The notes: generated from the sequence alone by a model not told the origin. A stretch of DNA of 64,000 nt from Tubiluchus corallicola (GCA_030141605.1 JAQGDQ010000262.1:62001-126000); one strand, 5' to 3'; counted from the first letter of the stretch, positions 36,364 to 49,601 are shown. Numbers and translations are program-made.

Positions 36364-36899
36364 GTACTTGACTAACATCTGACTGTCTCAGTAACTAGAC
36401 CAGTGTCCAGTCTTGTGATCTAGCCAATTATTCGTAGTTATAAAATTTTACTGGGCATTTCAATATTCGTGTGTCGGTGCATTTGCTTTGAAGAAGAAGA
36501 AATTTGTTGTGCTCTGTGTTTTTAATCGATGTACCGAACCATCTAACCGTATTTGGCAGTGCTAAATATTTGCATTTTAATTTACAAGTGTAAATACAGG
36601 TATTACCAGCTACTTTAATGTGCTTAATAGAAAAAAAAAGCTGTGACCTTGGTAAGCTGGCATGTGCTTATTTTGCTTTTAGTATTAAGCATTCGCTCCA
36701 TCTTTAAAATGCTACTTTTTTACATGTAGTCCAAATTTACTAGCTATATACAGTAATGGTTTGAAGTCTGTTGAGAAGGTATGAGTGTATTTTTATAACA
36801 GCAATTTTTTTCCTTAAAGCAAAACCGGACCCAATATAGTACTCTAGGTCAGAATGAGCTACTCTTTGACATATTGAAAGGAAACACCATTTTTTCAAA

Positions 36900-37421
36900 T
36901 ATTAGTATTTTTAGCATTTTTTTAAACATTTTCTCGATAATTTGATGCTAGAATACAAAAGTTTAATATATTGAGAGTTTGTTCTTATAAACAAGAAAAC
37001 GTTTGACCCAATTTTTGCTGCATTCTACTTCAATTTTTGCTGCATTCTACTTCAATTGTTGCTGCATTCTACTTCAATTGTTGCTGCATTCTACTTCAAT
37101 TGTTGCTGCATTCTACTTCAATTGTTGCTGCATTCTACTTCAATTTTTGCTGCATTCTACTTCAATTTCTGCTGCGTTCTACTTCAATTTCTGCTGCATT
37201 CTACTTTAATTTTTGCTTCATTCTACTTTAATTTTTGCTGCGTTCTACTTTAATTTCTGCTGCGTTCTACTTCAATTTCTGCTGCATTCTACTTCAATTT
37301 TTGCTGCAATCTACTTTAATTTTTGCTGCATTCTACTTTAATTTTTGCTGCATTTTACTTTGAAGCAGCTAGTTTTAATAATGCCGACTTATGGACGGTT
37401 TTGGTTTGCAAGCACACATAT
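36900..37421 (+). mobile_element. partial MITE family C with internal 22-bp tandem expansion (about 37009-37362)
   Basis: Flanks match about 965-1164; unit CAATTTTTGCTGCATTCTACTT, about 16 copies. Confidence 0.8.
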
Positions 37422-38013
37422 TTTAGTAAAGCAGGGCTGCTGTTATTAATAAACAAATCAAAATACGATATTTACCTGTATAGTACTCCATATATAGAAG
37501 AGTAAAAGTCCATCATATAGCCCCACTATGATGCATTATGTTATTATTGATATTGATTATTGATGCTACAGTGATATTAATTTATAACAGCATCGACTGC
37601 AGTATCACCTAACAGCTGAGCAACAGGAATTGTCGCTTATTGTACCAAGTACGCGATTGTAGTATTATGTGACCCATTTAATTGTCAGTCTACTGCAATA
37701 AGTACTGAATTAGTCTATGCTGCCATCTACAGTCGTTGTTTTACTCTAATTGTACAAAGTTTGTCAGAGATTGTTTTTTGTTTCTAAATATTGTTTCCTT
37801 TTGCTTTTATAGATATTCATTAATCAGAATAATTAGATTGTTAATTTCTAGCTTTAATTCTGGTTCTAACTCTCTTATTCAAGTTAAAATAGAAAAAATT
37901 CTCTAAACCAATAATTTTTATTCTGCTATCAGAGAAGCCAAGTAGACTTTGATTTTCGTTTAACTAGTAGTCTGTAGAGTATAGGTGACCTTTCCATTTA
38001 TGGTCTGTATGCA

Positions 38014-38939
38014 CAGTGGCATCGTGCTATAGGGGCCCGGGGGGGGGGGCAGTTTTTTAGAAAATGTCAAAATGGCAAACGGTAAGCAAATTTATTTCCG
38101 ACTTTTTGACACACAATAGCGGGCCAGCGCTCCATAAATGCGAACAGTATGAGCGTTTCGGTACAGTAGCCCAATAATATTTTTTATCATTAAAGTTTGT
38201 CGCCGAGTTAAATTATTCTGACTGTTAATACGTGCCTGACCAGATGTGTTTACCTGAAAGTCAGGATGTAGTTAATTTGTTTGCATGTAATCTATTCAGG
38301 AGGCAGGCAAGAACAGTTAACAAAGAAGCTCGTTGAGTAACATTAGCGTCTTTGCACAAAAGACTGTTAGTTAACAAAACGGCTCAGTTAGCACTCGAGC
38401 TTCGTTCAGCAGTGTGTCATAATAGAGAATAAGTGAAATAATAGAGCAAAAACTATGCAAACATTGAAGTCATGTTGAGCTAGCCTAGTACCAGAGAGTC
38501 AGTTTGTCCAGCTAGCCTAGTACCAGAGAGTCCGTTTGGGAGATACAAATTGATGAGCCACGGCTCAGCCACCTCCTGATTGGACATTACCGACTCTTTG
38601 CTACTCCTTAGCGACTCTTTCCCACGAGTTTGCTGCATAAAAGGGCGTGATTTTGAGCACATTTCATCATTTTTCTCCTACTAGGTCTTTTCGCCGAATC
38701 TTTGGATTCCTGACAGCTAATAAATACTTAATTAAATTTCAATTTAATTTTTAATTTTAATTAAGTTTCCGTTGCTATAGCTTTAAGTTAAATGCCAGTT
38801 GGGAATAAATAAATCGTTTTTCTTGCACGCAAAATACTGTGTGGGAATTCAAAATTATACGTTTTTTAAACAGTTAAGTTCCGCCATTATATACAGTCGC
38901 CGCCCCCCCCCCAATTTTCTTTGGTGCACGACGCCCCTG
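38014..38939. mobile_element. non-autonomous hAT element
   Basis: TIR CAGTGGCATCGTGC/GCACGACGCCCCTG; perfect 8-bp TSD TGTATGCA. Confidence 0.88.
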
Positions 38940-39173
38940 TGTATGCATGAATGTGATGTACCTTCCAATAGGAACTTGTATGTCTGGTCATGTGATTACA
39001 GCTTTATTTTCTCAGGCATGCAAGTTTTAGTTGATCTAGAGACAGCATTGAGAAAGGATGCAAATTTTCTACTGTAAAATATTATATTGCTAACTTTATG
39101 ACTGTTTGTTCAATTTTATAGTCTGTACATTGTATATGTTTTACAATAAAATGATTGCAAATTAATTTTTCAG

Positions 39174-39383
39174 ATTCAGTCTGAGATTGTAGAAGTCCTG
39201 CTCACGTACACACAGCCGAATTTGCAAGAGACAGAATCGGACACGGCTCTTAGTGGCAGTCTTTGGACGCTGATGGTCAAGGAGCTACTGGGATACATCT
39301 TGACCGGCCCAAAGACGTTTTACAGCGGAGTTATGCTTTTGTCGGAGCTACTTCCATTGCCACTACCAATTCAGACAAGAATT
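39174..39383 (+). CDS. VIRMA: VIRMA exon w19
   Basis: TTTCAG|ATT ... ATT|GTACGT; LLTYTQ...WTLMVKEL...SGVMLLSELLPLPLPIQT. Confidence 0.95.
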
Positions 39384-40800
39384 GTACGTCTCTTATTATT
39401 TAACAAATTCACGTAATTTGATTTTTTAAATGTTGTGGTGAAAAAAACTGACAAATATGGGTTTTGTGTTTGAGACATTGTGTTGTAATAGTTTTAAACA
39501 GTATAATGGACCCACAGTTGAACGGGCTATTTAACCATTACTGGCACCGTGCCAGGAACGTTACTGGTCTTCAGAAATAAAAGGGTATAAGTTTTGCAAA
39601 AAACGGGCAAAAGGGGCTGTTTTTGGAGATTTTTCACCGAACCCCATTCCACCCACCGGGTCTGATTCGAAAAATAAACCCCCAATGAGATGACAATGAA
39701 AGATCGAGACCTTTCGTTTGATATATAGGTGGCCAAAATATGCTTATATAATATATTTATTATGTAAATTTATGTATATTTATATATATATCCAGAAACC
39801 ACCAAAATTAATATATAAAGATTCGGTCAAAACAAGATTTTTATTTACACAAAAAACACCTATAAACCAAAAAGCACTGTAGAAGTAGCAAATGCAGTGC
39901 AGTTTTTTAAAGAGCTTCTTTGTTATACCCCATTTAAGTAATGTTTTAATCAAATCCAAACATTATCATTTTCTTTGTGCAGTCTGTTGAAGTCTTTTTC
40001 GTTGCCACCTCTTCAGTAAACCCAAGAAAAAATTCTAAGTGTAAAACAATGCAAAATCAATCAGTGTTTATGCTTACTACATCTGTGTTATGCTGCGCTG
40101 TTTTTGATTTGCCTAAAACATTAAGCAGTTTTTGTTATATGAAGAAAAAAAGTCGGTAAGAAAATTTGAGGCAAAGTATAAGTGTAGGTGCTTAATTAGT
40201 ATCGTTTGTCCGATAGTTCAAGGCTGTTATTTAATCATGTATGAATAGAGGGCAAAGCTACGCTGTTTCAGTTGAGCTCCAGTTGATTTATTTCTACAGC
40301 CGACTTAGCCGACATAAAACCCAGCTTTAGTCGCACCAGCCGATCGGTGATGGGAGTCGAGCTAGCCGACATTTTTGCCGGCTGAGAAGGTTTTCGCTCT
40401 TGCAGTAATCACGTGACACTGTGAATCACTGGTTGAAATGTGACAAACGCATTGCAGATTCGCGGCCACAGATTGTACGTGTGCTGGTAGAGATACTGAA
40501 CTTTAGAAATCTTTGAACGCGTAAGCGGGTCAATTCAAAATTAAATTCACAAGTAGGCAACATTAGTCATTTTATTGTTTTGGTATTGATTCGTCGGTAA
40601 TCAAGATAAGTCTCGCCAAGAGTTGGATTTGAATTATATTTATAATAAATCCATTGCTTTTTTGTAATAATAAAAAATATGTCTCCATAATTTAATAGTT
40701 AACTAGCAATTTGTCATTTATTTAGTTAAGAAAAATTCACACTTTAGCTGACTTAGCTAATTTTTTCTTTAAGCCAACTCAGCTGAAAAATCAGTCAACA

Positions 40801-42222
40801 TCAGCCGAGCTAGCTAATTTACTGTGCGAGTCAGCTGATGTAGTAGCAACTTATTCAACTTCAGCCAAGCTAGCTAATTTACTGTGCGAGTCAGCTGATG
40901 TAGTAGCAACTTATTCAGCTTCAGCCAAGCTAGCTAATTTACTGTGTGAGTCAGCTGATGTAGTTGCAACTGATTCAGCTTCAGCCGAGCTAGCTAATTT
41001 ACTGTGCGAGTCAGCTGATGTAGTAGCAACTTATTCAGCTTCAGCCAAGCTAGCTAATTTACTGTGCGAGTCAGCTGATGTAGTAGCAACTTATTCAGCT
41101 TCAGCCAAGCTAGCTAATTTACTGTGTGAGTCAGCTGATGTAGTAGCAACTTATTCAGCTTCAGCCAAGCTAGCTAATTTACTGTGCGAGTCAGCTGATG
41201 TAGTAGCAACTTATTCAGCTTCAGCCAAGCTAGCTAATTTACTGTGCGAGTCAGCTGATGTAGTAGCAACTTATTCAGCTTCAGCCAAGCTAGCTAATTT
41301 ACTGTGTGAGTCAGCTGATGTAGTTGCAACTGATTCAGCTTCAGCCGAGCTAGCTAATTTACTGTGTGAGTCAGCTGATGTATTTGCAACTGATTCAGCT
41401 TCAGCCGAGCTAGCTAATTTACTGTACGAGTCAGCTGATTTAGTAGCAACTGATTCAGCTTCAACCGAGCTAGCTGATTTACTGTGTGAGTCAGCTGATT
41501 TAGTAGCAGTTGATTCAGTTTCAGTCGAGCTAGCTAATTTACTGTGTCAGTCAGCTGATATAGTAGCAACTTTCTCAGCTTCAGTCGAGCTAGCTGATTT
41601 ACTGTTGGAGTCAGCTGATATAGTAGCAGCTGATTCAGCTTCAGCCGAGCTAGCTAATTTACTGTGTCAGTCAGCTGATGTAGTAGTAACTTTCTCAGCT
41701 TCAGCCGAGCTAGCTGATTTACTGTGTCAGTCAGCTGATTTAGTAGCAGTTGATTCAGTTTCAGTCGAGCTAGCTAATTTACTGTGTCAGTCAGCTGATG
41801 TAGTAGCAACTTTCTCAGCTTCAGTCGAGCTAGCTGATTTACTGTACGAGTCAGCTGATATAGTAGCAACTGATTCAGCTTCAACCGAGCTAGCTGATTT
41901 ACTGTGTGAGTCAGCTGATTTAGTAGCAGTTGATTCAGTTTCAGTTGAGCTAGCTAATTTACTGTGTCAGTCAGCTGATGTAGTAGTAACTTTCTCAGCT
42001 TCAGTCGAGCTAGCTGATTTACTGTACGAGTCAGCTGATATAGTAGCAACTGCTTCAGCTTCAGCCGAGCTAGCTGATTTACTGTGTGAGTCAGCTGATT
42101 TAGTAGCAGTTGATTCAGTTTCAGTCGAGCTAGCTGATTTACTGTGTGAGTCAGCTGATTTAGTAGCAACTCACTCAGCTTCAGCCGAGTTAGCTGATTT
42201 ACTGTGTGAGTCAGTTGATGTA
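40801..42222. repeat. 60-bp minisatellite, about 23-24 copies
   Basis: Unit TCAGCCGAGCTAGCTAATTTACTGTGCGAGTCAGCTGATGTAGTAGCAACTTATTCAGCT. Confidence 0.95.
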
Positions 42223-42446
42223 TAAAAAATACGTTGGCATTGACTTCTGATTGCCGTCTGAATTTTGAAATTGATTTTACACATTACATGCTACTTCCAA
42301 CAAGTTATTTTATTACCAACGAATCCAAATTTAAAACTGATTTTCTGCAGGAAGTTTTCATTGTGGTGAGTTTGCATGAAAACAACATTTTAAACATATT
42401 TTACTTTTCTCATATTTTCTCATATGATGGTGCATTTTATTACTAG

Positions 42447-42646
42447 CCACTCACGAGTTCCGAGGTGACCATAGCAGTGAATAGTCGCAAGCTGTGGAGC
42501 GCACATCTTCATTCATTGTCGTCGTTAATACAAGACACCATTAAGATTTTGTCAGCCTCCAGTTGTCAGCCGTTGCATCACTGCCTACGACGTGTCTGTG
42601 TACAACTTGCGGACCTGGCTGCTCCAACTGCCCTGGTGGTCGTAAG
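42447..42646 (+). CDS. VIRMA: VIRMA exon w20
   Basis: ACTAG|CCA ... AG|GTAAAA; NSRKLWSAHLH...LRRVCVQLADLAAPTAL. Confidence 0.95.
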
Positions 42647-42972
42647 GTAAAAATCTGAAATTGTTTTTTAGATTAAACTGGAATTACATTTTACGAGATA
42701 CTTATATCTCATAATCAAGTATATGATCATGTAAATATGACTGGTTTCGTACTGTGCATTGATAAGCTTTTGGTTTCTAGTCCCTATAAATCTTTTTCAG
42801 ACTCTCTGTCTAATTAAATATTGCTTTTGTGCATTTATATGTTTTACAACAGTGTTAACTGTTCTTGCTGTCAACGGTAACTGTGATTTTTTTATTCAAT
42901 CTCATTTGTTGCTGTTTTTTTATATTGTAATTGCCTAATTATCTTCCATTGGAGAACACGTTTAAGAATAAA

Positions 42973-43336
42973 CTATTATTATTATTATTATTATTGATGT
43001 TGATATTGTTATTGTTATCATTATTATTGTTATTGATGTTGTTATTGTTATTCTTCTTCTTATTATTATTATTACTATTACTATTGCTATTACTATTACT
43101 ATTACTATTACAATTACTATTACTATTACTATTACTATTACTATTACTATTACTATTACTATTACTATTACTATTACTATTACTATTACTATTACTATTA
43201 CTATTACTATTACTATTACTATTACTATTACTATTACTATTACTATTACTATTACTATTACTATTACTATTATTATATTACTATTACTATTACTATTATT
43301 ATTATTATTATTATTAACATTATTATTATTATTACT
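42973..43336. repeat. (TTA)n/(CTATTA)n microsatellite
   Basis: Directly visible. Confidence 0.95.
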
Positions 43337-43727
43337 AACGGTTCATTTCGTACTGTGTTGATATAGTGTGGACTATCACTTCCGTTGATAGACTTCTAGT
43401 GTCTGATAAAGTAAATTTCTGGGTATGTAATGTTTGTACATAACTGCCTAGCTACATCACAGAGGAAAAGCAGAAGGTTTAGGGTTCAAATCCCAGAGAA
43501 GGTGCAAAGCTTTTTCAGACTTTTGTAGTTAGTACGGCTTCGTACATTTATTACATTGAAATGTGTGAAGGCCCTCCAGGTTTCAGCATGAGACAAGACT
43601 GGAGTTGTTGTAAAACGCATCTTCAGTCTTTTACTGGTGTTCATCATGGATAAGCAGGATTTGTATAAATTTTATTGCCTTATTCCATTTTACATCAGTG
43701 CTTATCTACCTCTTACTTGCATTATAG

Positions 43728-43889
43728 GTCTATCATAGATGCACTTTTGGGCAGCCTACAAGATGAAAATAATAGAACAGACGATGAGAATGGTTGTGGT
43801 GTGGTCACCACGCGAGTGTTGAACCTGATAGCTTATCTTTCTGCTAATGCACCGACCAAAGCTGCCTTGTTACAACTGTTCAGAGCCAA
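43728..43889 (+). CDS. VIRMA: VIRMA exon w21
   Basis: TATAG|G ... AA|GTAAGT; TTRVLNLIAYL...KAALLQL. Confidence 0.9.
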
Positions 43890-44010
43890 GTAAGTGATGC
43901 TGATTTTCCTTACAAGTGTTGAAACTTCCATTTATGATTTGAATGTGTTGCAAAGGTAGCGAGTAAACTATTGTAGTACGTTTGTCAACAAATATCTAAT
44001 GTAATCTAAC

Positions 44011-44277
44011 AATAATAATAATAATCTTTATTTAAAGTCGGCTTTTGGGTCAACAATTAACATTAGCTCCAAGAGCTATTATTGCCGACTGTAAATAACA
44101 ACCTACAACTACATAACATAGACTATTATTACCCCACTTTTACCCCTAAATACCCCGCGTCAGGCAGGGCAACAGCAAGTACCATTTCTAAAGTCTTTGG
44201 TATGACCCGGCCGCTGGTTTGAACTCATGACCTCCCATACCGAAAGCGGACGAGCGGACAAGGTTAAACCATCTGGT
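44011..44277 (-). mobile_element. tRNA-derived SINE, second copy
   Basis: Highly similar to 11306-11596. Confidence 0.85.
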
Positions 44278-44420
44278 CAAATCTATCAATGTGAACTTCT
44301 TTTAATCATTTTGAACAGTGAACGACTGTTTTTACAACACCTACTCCTATTGCTATCATCACAGACCATATTTTGAAACCCATAGTTTTTATTTAAAATG
44401 TTTTTTTTTGTTACTTTTAG

Positions 44421-44583
44421 CAGTGAACAGGATGAGAAGTATAACGACGTTCTGGCAAAGCTTCTCAGTTTGTTGAATATAGAATGCAGCCGTCCATCTC
44501 ACATTGCTAGTCAAGAATGTATCGTCTCGATCACACAGTCGCTGTGTGATTACGAAATTAGTCTTGTCGGTGGTGACGACCAG
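44421..44583 (+). CDS. VIRMA: VIRMA exon w22 (TAGCAG tandem acceptor)
   Basis: TTTTAG|CAG ... CAG|GTATGA; QSLCDYEISL. Confidence 0.92.
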
Positions 44584-45109
44584 GTATGAATGCATTAAAG
44601 CTGAGCATTACGTAAAATCGATATTGTAGTACTGTTTACAGTAATGCAATACTGTTAACACAGCAAAACACGACAGTTCCTTTCATAAGGTGTTACTGCA
44701 TTCTTTACTTTCTAAAGGAGAAAAACAAAAGAATGCATAAAATTTGCAGTAATGCAATTTGAACAAAAAATACAGAAATTTGAACAAAAAAAATACACAG
44801 AAAATTTCTATGTAATAAATATTATACTTAGATTTACAAATTACTTACTTCGTTTGGCTAGAGAGAGAGCACACTGTTTATGGTTGAAGCATAACATTAA
44901 ATTTCTCATATAAAAGTGCATTATCCACATTACAAGTTAGTCTCTGCAATAACCAGTCAAGCCTCCCAGCAATTGCCTATTTGTCCCCTTTAGTTTTGGC
45001 TCCCTCATGCGGGAAAAATAAAAAACAAATTATATGAGTAATTGGGTAGTTTGCCCATAACAAATACTATGCAGACTTTTGTGCCAAAATACTACATTTT
45101 TGGCACCTG

Positions 45110-45452
45110 CTAATTTTACTGATCTTTTAATACGCCATAACAGTCATTCTAATTCACTTCATTCTAATTCTGCTGAACAAATTAATTTACATCATCCAAT
45201 TTCTAATACAGTATTCTATGGTGGAAAAGCTTTTTCTGTCTGTATTCAACGTCTCTGGAATAACTTACCTGTTGCTACACGTTCTACAATTTCATTAGAT
45301 TGTCTTAAATAACATCTTAAAATGCATTTGTTTAAATTGTACTTTTTATGATGAATTATTTTTGTTTTTTAATGTTTTTTTAATTTTATGTTTGTTATGA
45401 ATTTTAAATGATGTAGTGCGCTACGTAAATAAATTTTACATTACATTACATT
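45110..45452 (+). mobile_element. L2/CR1-type LINE 3' end
   Basis: YGGKAFSVCIQRLWNNLP...LKMHLF; AATAAA plus (TTACA)n tail. Confidence 0.7.
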
Positions 45453-45486
45453 TTGATTAGGAAAAAATGTGCCTTATTTATAGATA

Positions 45487-45987
45487 CAGTCAACCTCGGA
45501 TATAAGGGACACCTCCGGACCGGAGAAAAACCGTCTCTTATATCCGATGTCCCTTATAGCCGAAGTTGAGTCAGACCGAGGGTGTATCTAGACCTGTACT
45601 TTTCTGTACTTTTATCCATATTTTTATGGATTATTGCTACACATTCAGTGCAAACGGTATGTAGGAAGTTCCTTCAGTGATGCGAGATGTATGTGACCGC
45701 GGAAACCGAGCTGTCCGAAGGCCGAGTTTGTGAAAAATTGAGGTTAAAAATCAATCAATTTCACTTTGATCATAGGGTCCCTTATATGGAAGGTAATTTA
45801 CCTGGGTTTCTCTTACGCGGGACCTGAAGATATCGTCCCTTATAACCGAAAGTCCCTTATATCCGAGTACCTTATATAGGATGATTTTTACATAGGAAAA
45901 ACATTACGAAAAATCGGGTCCGGTGTTGGTGGTCCCTTATAAGCGAGTGTCCCTTATATCCGAGTACCTTATACTTGAGGTTGACTG
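45487..45987. mobile_element. Tc1/pogo-type MITE
   Basis: TA|CAGTCAACCTC ... GAGGTTGACTG|TA with CCCTTATA subterminal repeats. Confidence 0.88.
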
Positions 45988-46540
45988 TAGTTTTAACAAC
46001 TAAGCAATATGTATGTTATAACAAAATACATGTAAATGTAACGGTATTACATAAATATTAATTTGGAGACGGTTTAATGGAATTTAGTGCAAAAATGCAA
46101 TATGTAAGTAACTTATGTTTAATTACCCTCATTGGTACGCGCTATTGAAATTTGCATTTTGCTGAAAAGACTCAGTCTGCAGTATGGCATATTGACATCT
46201 AGTGATGAAAATGTAAAGCTTTCCAGGAAATTGCCATCTTAAAAAGTATTTTGTTATTTTGTCATAAATTACTGCTTTTCCAGCGTGTTACAATTGAACC
46301 GTCAAAATATGCGTGTTCAATCAACCGAGAAAGGCTAATAATGAAACATTTTATTAATATTATAATATATCTAATCATATAAAGTCTATTCTAACATTTT
46401 TTCTTTTCCTTGTTGGTGAATAATGCTTGCAATATGGCCAGTAGGGCATCTGCTTTGATTTTGTATACAGAAATTTACCTAAGATTCTTTTTACAGAAAG
46501 TTTTTAACAGTTATTGATATTTTTTACGTTTTGTTTGCAG

Positions 46541-46701
46541 TTAAGCCACAGTCTGCCCAGCAAAGAGAACATCTCTGCTATCTGTGCCTGTCTCATTAAT
46601 CACATTGGCTGTGGTAAACACAGCTATGCATCGGTGCTGCCATCTGTCCGAACTCTGGTGATGCTAACTGAACATGACTACGGATTTTGGCATTTGAAGT
46701 G
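46541..46701 (+). CDS. VIRMA: VIRMA exon w23
   Basis: TTGCAG|TTA ... TG|GTAAGA; SLPSKE...RTLVMLTEHDYGFWHLK. Confidence 0.93.
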
Positions 46702-46860
46702 GTAAGACTTGGAAGAAGAAACACTTGCTTCGTGAATTAGATCTTTTCTTTTCGTCTTCATTGGCCATGTAAAAAGAATGAGACTTGAATACTGCACCCC
46801 TTGACTATATTGATCAATTGCTGGAAGTTGCTTAATGCACTTGATATGTGTTAGATTATA

Positions 46861-47160
46861 CAGGGTGTCTATAAAGTCTCTTTACAGTTTTAAAAATTTA
46901 TTACAAAGGCAGTTAACAAGATTTGTTATCTAGATTTGTTCTAATGTAATCGGTGGTTGTCAAAGTTTTTTTCAACTCATTTAATACACTTCTATATGGG
47001 CACCATTAGTTGCGCGAAGCACTTCAAAGCGGTACTTGATTTCTTGTCATGAGCATAGCCTCATCAATGGTGGCGATGACATCAGAAATCCATCCTCAGC
47101 TTCAAGTCAGTAATGTCCCGTATCTTTGTTCAATATATGATGTCTATCACATAACTCCAT
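46861..47160 (-). mobile_element. Tc1/mariner transposase 3' remnant with TIR
   Basis: TA|CAGGGTGTC terminus; degraded minus-strand translation SYVIDIIY*TKIRDITDLKLR...IATIDEAML...YRFEVLRATNGAHIEVY*. Confidence 0.75.
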
Positions 47161-47229
47161 GGATCTCTTCCATACTTAGTTCTGTTCTTGTTTTCTGACA
47201 TGTTGATGTAATTTAGGTAGTTTTAAATT

Positions 47230-47262
<33 letters not shown>

Positions 47263-47860
47263 TCATCATCATCATCATCATCATCGTCAACAACAACAAC
47301 AACAAAAACGACGTCATTGCTAGCAACAACATCGTCGACAACAACAAAAACAACAACAACAACAACATCGTGAACAACAACAACATCATCGTCAGCAACA
47401 ACAACAACAACAACAACATCATCATCATCGTCAACAACAACAACAACAACAACAAAAAAATGACGTCATCGCCAACAACAACATCGTAGACAACAACAAC
47501 AACAACATCGTCAACAACAACAAAATCATCGTCAGCAACAACAACAACAACAACATCATCATCATCATCATCATCATCATCGTCAACAACAACAACAACA
47601 AAAATGACGTCATTGCTAACAACAACATCGTCGACAACAACAAAAACAACAACAACAACATCGTCAACAACAACAACAACAACAACAACATCATCATCGT
47701 CAACAACAACAACAAAAATGACGTCATCGCCAACAACAACATCGTAGACAACAACAACAACAACATTGTCAACAACAACAAAATCATCGTCAGCAACAAC
47801 AACAACAACAACAACAACATCATCATCATCATCATCATCGTCAACAACAACAACAACAAT
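47230..47860. repeat. compound (CAA)n/(CAT)n repeat
   Basis: Directly visible, with higher-order blocks. Confidence 0.95.
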
Positions 47861-48079
47861 AACTGTTGGTAAAAATAAAAATAAAAATGAAAATAAGTGC
47901 CTTACACTGGTAAATAGTAATCAACAGTTTGAAGTGGAAAGTATGTCATAACACAACTGCTGTGTCATTTGTAATCCATTTATTGTATTGACAGGTGACA
48001 TTCTAAAAATCAATTATCTGCATATTTATGTTTTTGTCGGTTAGAAATTCTGATGAAAGCTTTTCTATCGTGTTTTCAG

Positions 48080-48209
48080 TGCCATGGAAGCAAACAGCGA
48101 ACAGATCGTGCAGTTCTTTCGCACCGTCGTCAGCAACTTCAGCAAAGACAGTTCGGATTGTCTGTCAACTTTGTCCACCATGATCGAACTTCTGAGGGTT
48201 ATGGTGCAG
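48080..48209 (+). CDS. VIRMA: VIRMA exon w24
   Basis: TTTCAG|T ... CAG|GTGAGC; FSKDSSDCLSTLSTMIELLR. Confidence 0.92.
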
Positions 48210-48859
48210 GTGAGCGTACACTGATGTTCAATAACTTCTTGCATTTACTGATTGATGTGCAGGGCCTATTTCATTCAAGTGGGGCTCACCTCACATGCCC
48301 CACTTCCCCGGGCCTAGCTTAGGCTGAAATATCCCCCTGTTGATACGTAGTAAATTTGATTTGACATTAGAGTCGAGGTTTCGTTTACTAGCAGCTCACT
48401 TGAGTATGACAATTTAAAATTATTCAAATACAAAATTGGACCCGCAGCATCGTCGACAACAAATTACATTTACCTAGCAACAGTAATGATAGAGCATTTT
48501 AGCCAATTATAAATTACAATAATTAATATTGTTATAAATATTATATATATATAAAAAACTTTGGTCATAAACTGTCATAATTATCTTCATCATGTTGCCC
48601 TCTGGGCGCCCCAGCTGTAGCTTTCTTGGTCTCCCTAAAATAATTAATAATAATAGTTATAATTTATTAAATATTTAAAATGCATTAACCTTAAAAATGG
48701 ACAAATACATTTTACGTACATAAAATATTAACACGTAAATAGTACATACATAATAGGCTGTTATAAATAAAACTAAAATCATAATGCTTGTATAGAAAAA
48801 TCAGCCATAATTAAGTTCATATTAAATTTTTTATTAATTAAAAAGATTTCTTAATAAAA

Positions 48860-49560
48860 ATAAGTTCTAAGGAATGATTTGAAACTTTTGAACATTATTG
48901 ATTTTGCGTGTATGAATTGGTAAACCATTCCATAATTTTGGTGCCGCTACGCTAAAACTAAGAGAACCATAATGTGACTAGATTATAACAAGTGTCGATG
49001 AATTAATTGATTTAGGATTGGCATGTATGGCTTCAAAAAATCAGATATATAGGAGGGCGTTAAACCTTAAAAAGCTTTAAATGTTAATAAGACAATTTTG
49101 TGTTTTATTCTGAAAGAAACGGGCAACCAGTATAACTGTATGAGAGCAGGAGCTATGTGATCATATTTACGAGTGCCTGTAATAATTCGGGCTGCTGTGT
49201 CGTGTACATGTTGCAATTTATCAATCTGGTACTGAGGAATACCAGAAAGTGTGCTATTACAATAGTCTGACCGAGAACTGACAAACGCGTGAATAAGAGT
49301 TTCACTGGCTGATTTTGATAAACAGTCTAATTTTCGAAATGTTCCTTAAATAGAAATACGAAGTTTTGCACGCATTATTAACATTGGTAGACATAGTTAA
49401 ATGATAATCTAGAATGACTCCAAGGTTTTTCACTGCATCGGACACCGCAGTTAGATCAGTACCCACAAGGACGGGAGACTGTTTAACTTTTGATAATTGG
49501 ATTTTACTTCCAAAAATGATAAAATCGGTTTTGTCATCATTAAACTTCAAATAATTGTGC
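48860..49560 (-). mobile_element. degenerate L2/CR1 LINE ORF2 fragment
   Basis: KFNDDKTDFIIFG...VKNLGVILD...YLRNISKIR, then HAFVSSRSDYCNS...LYQLYWLPVSFRIKHKI. Confidence 0.85.
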
Positions 49561-49601
49561 AGCCTTCAGTGACATACATATATACATAAACGATATACAT
49601 G

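Noticed and set aside
40245-42249. TIR pair enclosing the 60-bp array
   Set aside because: TAGAGGGCAAAGCTACG versus CAGAAGTCAATGCCAACG is only weakly similar and no TSD is visible, so no element boundary was called.
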